57,927 nucleotides of DNA. It comes from Utricularia gibba. Lineage: Eukaryota > Plantae > Magnoliophyta. A program made the translations under genes and the position numbers. Shown piece after piece: positions 53,901 to 57,927 of this stretch (the stretch's first letter is position 1; every line of letters starts with the position of its first letter). The stretch is taken from positions 1-57,927 of the forward strand of contig NEEC01000287.1 in the NCBI GenBank assembly GCA_002189035.1, in the 5' to 3' direction. The notes under the pieces were generated by a model that was not told the origin of the DNA, did not search any database, and was given only the letters and a program-made list of their open reading frames with translations.

Positions 53901-56900
53901 ACCTTGGGTCCGGATGAACTTCCCAACGAAAGCACCACCCAAAAACGACAAGCTTTTCCTTCAGAAACAATGTAGGCAGCTGCCGAAAACCCAACGTTAA
54001 TAAATGGATCACTTTTTTTGCCGGGCTACAAATGACTATGGGCCCGAGCCCGACCCGACCTCCGGCCCGATCCTGTGCCCCTCGAGAGCGCCTCCTCAAA
54101 TATAAAGCTTGTGGATGAGAAAGCCATTTGGGGTGCTCATGACATCCTAACTTCAAAAAATGCATCTTGATTTTTGTCGAATAGGACCCGATTGGGCTCA
54201 GGAGTCGAACCGAACCTTGTGTCCGGATGAACTTCCCAATGAAAGCACCAAACCAAAAACGACAAGCTTTTCCTTCAGAAACCATGTAACAGCTGCCGAA
54301 AACCCAACGTTAATAAATGGATCACTTTTTTTCCCGGGCTACAAATGACTATGGGCCCGAGCCCGACCTGACCTCCGGCCCGATCCTGGTGCCCCTCGAG
54401 AGACCTCCTCAAATATAAAGCTTGTGGATGAGAAAACCATTTGGGGTGCTCATGACATCCTAACTTCAATAAATGCATCACGATTTTCGTCAAATAGTAC
54501 CTGATTTGGCTCAGGAGTCGAACCGAACTTGGGTCTGGACGAAGTTCCCAACGACAGCACCCACCCAAAAAGACAAGCTTTTCCTTCAGAAACAATGTAG
54601 GCAGCTGCCGAAAACCCAACGTTAATAAATGGATCACTTTTTTTGCCGGGCTACAAATGACTATGGGCCCGAGCCCGACCCGACCTCCAGCCCGATCCTG
54701 GTGCCCCTCGAGAGCGCCTCCTCAAATATAAATCTTGTGGATGAGAAAGCCATTTGGGGTGCTCATGACATCCTAACTTAAAAAAATGCATGTTGATTTT
54801 TGTTGAATAGGACCCGATTGGGCTCAGGAGTCGAACCGAACCTTGGTCCGGATGAACTTCCCAATGAAAGCACCAAACCAAAACGACAAGCTTTTCCTTC
54901 AGAAACCATGTAATCAGCTGCCGAAAACCCAACGTTAATAAATGGATCACTTTTTTCCCGGGCTACAAATGACTATGGGCCCGAGCCGACCTGACCTCCG
55001 GCCGATCCTGGTGCCCCTCGAGAGCCCTCCTCAAATATAAAGCTTGTGGATGAGAAAACCATTTGGGGTGCTCATGACATCCTAACTTCAATAAATGCAT
55101 CACGATTTTCGTCAAATAGTACCTGATTTGGCTCAGGAGTCGAACCGAAACTTGGGTCTGGACGAAGTTCCCAACGACAGCACCCACCCAAAAAAGACAA
55201 GCTTTTCCTTCAGAAACAATGTAGGCAGCTGCCGAAAACCCAACGTTAATAAATGGATCACTTTTTTTGCCGGGCTACAAATGACTATGGGCCCGAGCCC
55301 GACCCGACCTCCGCCCGATCCTGGTGCCCCTCGAGAGCGCCTCCTCAAATATAAATCTTGTGGATGAGAAAGCCATTTGGGGTGCTCATGACATCCTAAC
55401 TTAAAAATGCATGTTGATTTTCGTTGAATAGGACCCGATTGGGCTCAGGAGTCGAACCGAACCTTGGTCCGGATGAACTTCCCAATGAAAGCACCACCAA
55501 AAACGACAAGCTTTTCCTTCAGAAACCATGTAATCAGCTGCCGAAAACCCAACGTTAATAAATGGATCACTTTTTTTCCCGGGCTACAAATGACTATGGG
55601 CCCGAGCCCGACCCGACCTCGGCCCGATCCTGGTGCCCCTCGAGAGCGCCTCCTCAAATATAAAGCTTGTGGATGAGAAAACCATTTGGGGTGCTCATGA
55701 CATCCTAACTTCAATAAATGCATCACGATTTTCGTTAAATAGTACCTGATTTGGCTCAGGAGTCGAACCGAAACTTGGGTCGGACGAAGTTCCAACGAAG
55801 CACCCACCCAAAAAGACAAGCTTTTCCTTCAGAAACCATGTAGGCAGCTGCCGAAAACCCGTTAATAATGGATCACTTTTTTGCCGGGTACAAATGACTA
55901 TGGGCCCGAGACGACCTCCGGCCGATCCTAGTGCCCCTCGAGAGTGCCTCCTCAAATAAAACAACCATTTGGGGTGCTCATGACATCCTAACTTCAATAA
56001 ATGCATCACGATTTTCGTCGAATAGGACCCGATCGGCTCAGGAGTCGAACAGAACCTTGGGTCGGATGAACTTCCCAACGAAAGCACCCACCCAAAAACG
56101 ACAAGCTTTTCCTTCAGAAACAATGTAGGCAGCTGCCGAAAACCCAACGTTAATAAATGGATCACTTTTTTTGCCGGGCTACAAATGACTATGGGCCCGA
56201 TTTCGACAAGACCTCCGGCCAGATCCTAGTGCCCCTCGAGAGCGCCTCCTCAAATAAAAAGTATGTGGTTGGAAAACCATTTGGGGTGCTCATGACATCC
56301 TAACTTCAATAAATGCATCACGATTTTCGTTGAATAGGACCCGATTGGGCTCAGGAGTCGAACCGAACTTGGTCCGGATGAACTTCCCAATGAAAGCACC
56401 AACCAAAAACGACAAGCTTTTCCTTCAGAAACCATGTAAGCAGCTGCCGAAAACCCAACGTTAATAAATGGATCACTTTTTTCCCGGGCTACAAATGACT
56501 ATGGGCCCGAGCCCGACCTGACCTCCGGCCCGATCCTGGTGCCCCTCGAGAGCGCCTCCTCAAATATAAAGCTTGTGGATGAGAAAACCATTTGGGTGCT
56601 CATGACATCCTAACTTCAATAAATGCATCACGATTTTCGTCAAATAGTACCTGATTTGGCTCAGGAGTCGAACGAACTTGGGTCTGGACGAAGTTCCCAA
56701 CGAAGCACCCACCAAAAAAGACAAGCTTTTCCTTGAGAAACCATGTAGGCAGCTGCCGAAAACCCAACGTTAATAATGGATCACTTTTTTGCCGGGTTAC
56801 AAATGACTATGGGCCCGAGTTCGATGACCTCCGGCCCGATCCTAGTGCCCTCGAGAGCGCCTCCTCAAATAAAAAGTATGTGGTTGGAAAACCATTTGGG

Positions 56901-57736
56901 GTGCTCATGACATCCTAACTTCAATAAATGCATCACGATTTTCGTTGAATAGGACCCGATTGGGCGCAGGAGTCGAACCGAACCTTGGGTCCGGATGAAC
57001 TTCCAACGAAAGCACCCACCAAAAAACGACAAGCTTTTCCTTCAGAAACAATGTAGGCAGCTGCCGAAAACCCAACGTTATAAATGGATCACTTTTTTTC
57101 CGGGCTACAAATGACTATGGGCCCGATTCGACAAGACCTCCGGCCAGATCCTGGTGCCCTCGAGAGCGCCTCCTCAAATATAAATCTGTGGATGAGAAAA
57201 CCATTTGGGGTGCTCATGACATCCTAACTTCAATAAATGCATCACGATTTTCGTGAATAGGACCGATTGGGCGCAGGAGTCGAACCGAACCTTGGGTCCG
57301 GATGAACTTCCCAACGAAAGCACCCACCCAAAAACGACAAGCTTTTCCTTCAGAAACAATGTAGGCAGCTGCCGAAAACCCAACGTTAATAAATGGATCA
57401 CTTTTTTTGCCGGGCTACAAATGACTATGGGCCCGAGCCCGACCCGACCTCCGGCCAGATCCTGTGCCCCTCGAGAGCGCCTCCTCAAATATAAAGCTTG
57501 TGGATGAGAAAACCATTTGGGGTGCTCATGACATCCTAACTTCAAAAAATGCATCGATTTTCGTCGAATAGGACCCGATTGGGCTCAGGAGTCGAACCGA
57601 ACCTTGGTCCGGATGAACTTCCCAACGAAAGCACCCACCAAAAACGACAAGCTTTTCCTTCAGAAACCATGTAAGCAGCTGCCGAAAACCCAACGTTAAT
57701 AAATGGATCACTTTTTTTCCGGGCTACAATGACTAT
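50943..57736. repeat. Tandem duplication of an 11-monomer block (~3.4 kb): B-A-B-A-B-C''-C/A-B-C-D-A/E, x2
   Basis: Rare alleles recur at ~3.39-3.42 kb offset: GTTAAATAGTAC (52311/55734), GATCGG plus GTCGAACAGAACC (52631-52657/56030-56056), a C/A hybrid (52794/56193), CCTTGAG (~53336/56731), and GTCGAAT in an A-like monomer (~54176/~57563). The match is firm from 52178 and looser from 50943. Confidence 0.8.
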
Positions 57737-57927
57737 GGGCCCGAGCCGACCGACCTCCGGCCGATCCTGGTGCCCCTCGAGAGCCTCCTCAAATATAAAG
57801 CTTGTGGATGAGAAAACCATTTGGGGTGCTCATGACATCCTAACTTCAATAAATGCATCACGATTTTCGTCAAATAGGACCTGATTTGGGCTCAGGAGTC
57901 GAACCGAAACTTGGGTCGGACGAAGTT

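Larger units (their letters stand above)
1..57927. repeat. Tandem satellite DNA array, ~310-315 bp monomer, ~187 head-to-tail copies
   Basis: The unit CCCTCGAGAGCGCC at 1 recurs at 310. The GGGCCC anchor recurs at 271, 583, 894, 1208 ... 57429, 57737. Clean monomers measure 314 bp (22229-22543, 45158-45472-45786). All copies lie in one orientation with no long unique interruption. Confidence 0.99.

Noticed and set aside
18-57820. Hundreds of 60-199 aa ORFs with recurring peptides (e.g. MIHLLTLGFRQL, KLGCHEHPKW)
   Set aside because: They are translations of the same repeat on both strands. Frames are broken randomly by homopolymer indels, and I recognise no domain or frame conservation.
1-57927. 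CRISPR-like regular repetition
   Set aside because: There are no unique spacers; the whole ~313 bp unit repeats and no cas genes are present.
1-57927. Inversion or transposon insertion in the array
   Set aside because: All monomers read in one orientation. I saw no LTR, TIR or TSD, and no unique stretch longer than ~30 bp.

Overview
The whole 57.9 kb window is one uninterrupted, single-orientation tandem satellite array of about 187 monomers. The observed period is 309-314 bp and the gap-free consensus I built is about 313-315 bp at roughly 50% GC. There are no credible genes, RNA genes, transposons or CRISPR arrays; every ORF is a translation of the repeat. The array is hierarchical. (1) Each monomer is an old dimer of two ~157 bp halves, about 60% identical by my manual alignment. 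(2) Monomers fall into SNP-defined subtypes, labelled here A, B, C/C', D and E. (3) Subtypes form higher-order repeats (HORs) of 2, 3, 4 and 5 monomers around a near-constant A-B core. (4) An 11-monomer (~3.4 kb) block is tandemly duplicated at the right end. Many diagnostic SNPs are C>T/G>A at CG sites, which suggests heavy methylation. Nearly every monomer carries an exact Pol III B-box-like 11-mer (GGTTCGACTCC) on the minus strand. Frequent homopolymer indels and a few garbled patches suggest long-read or under-polished sequence, so fine-scale variants need read-level confirmation. The organism and satellite family cannot be established from the sequence alone. Subtypes and coordinates were assigned by eye, using the GGGCCC site as monomer start.
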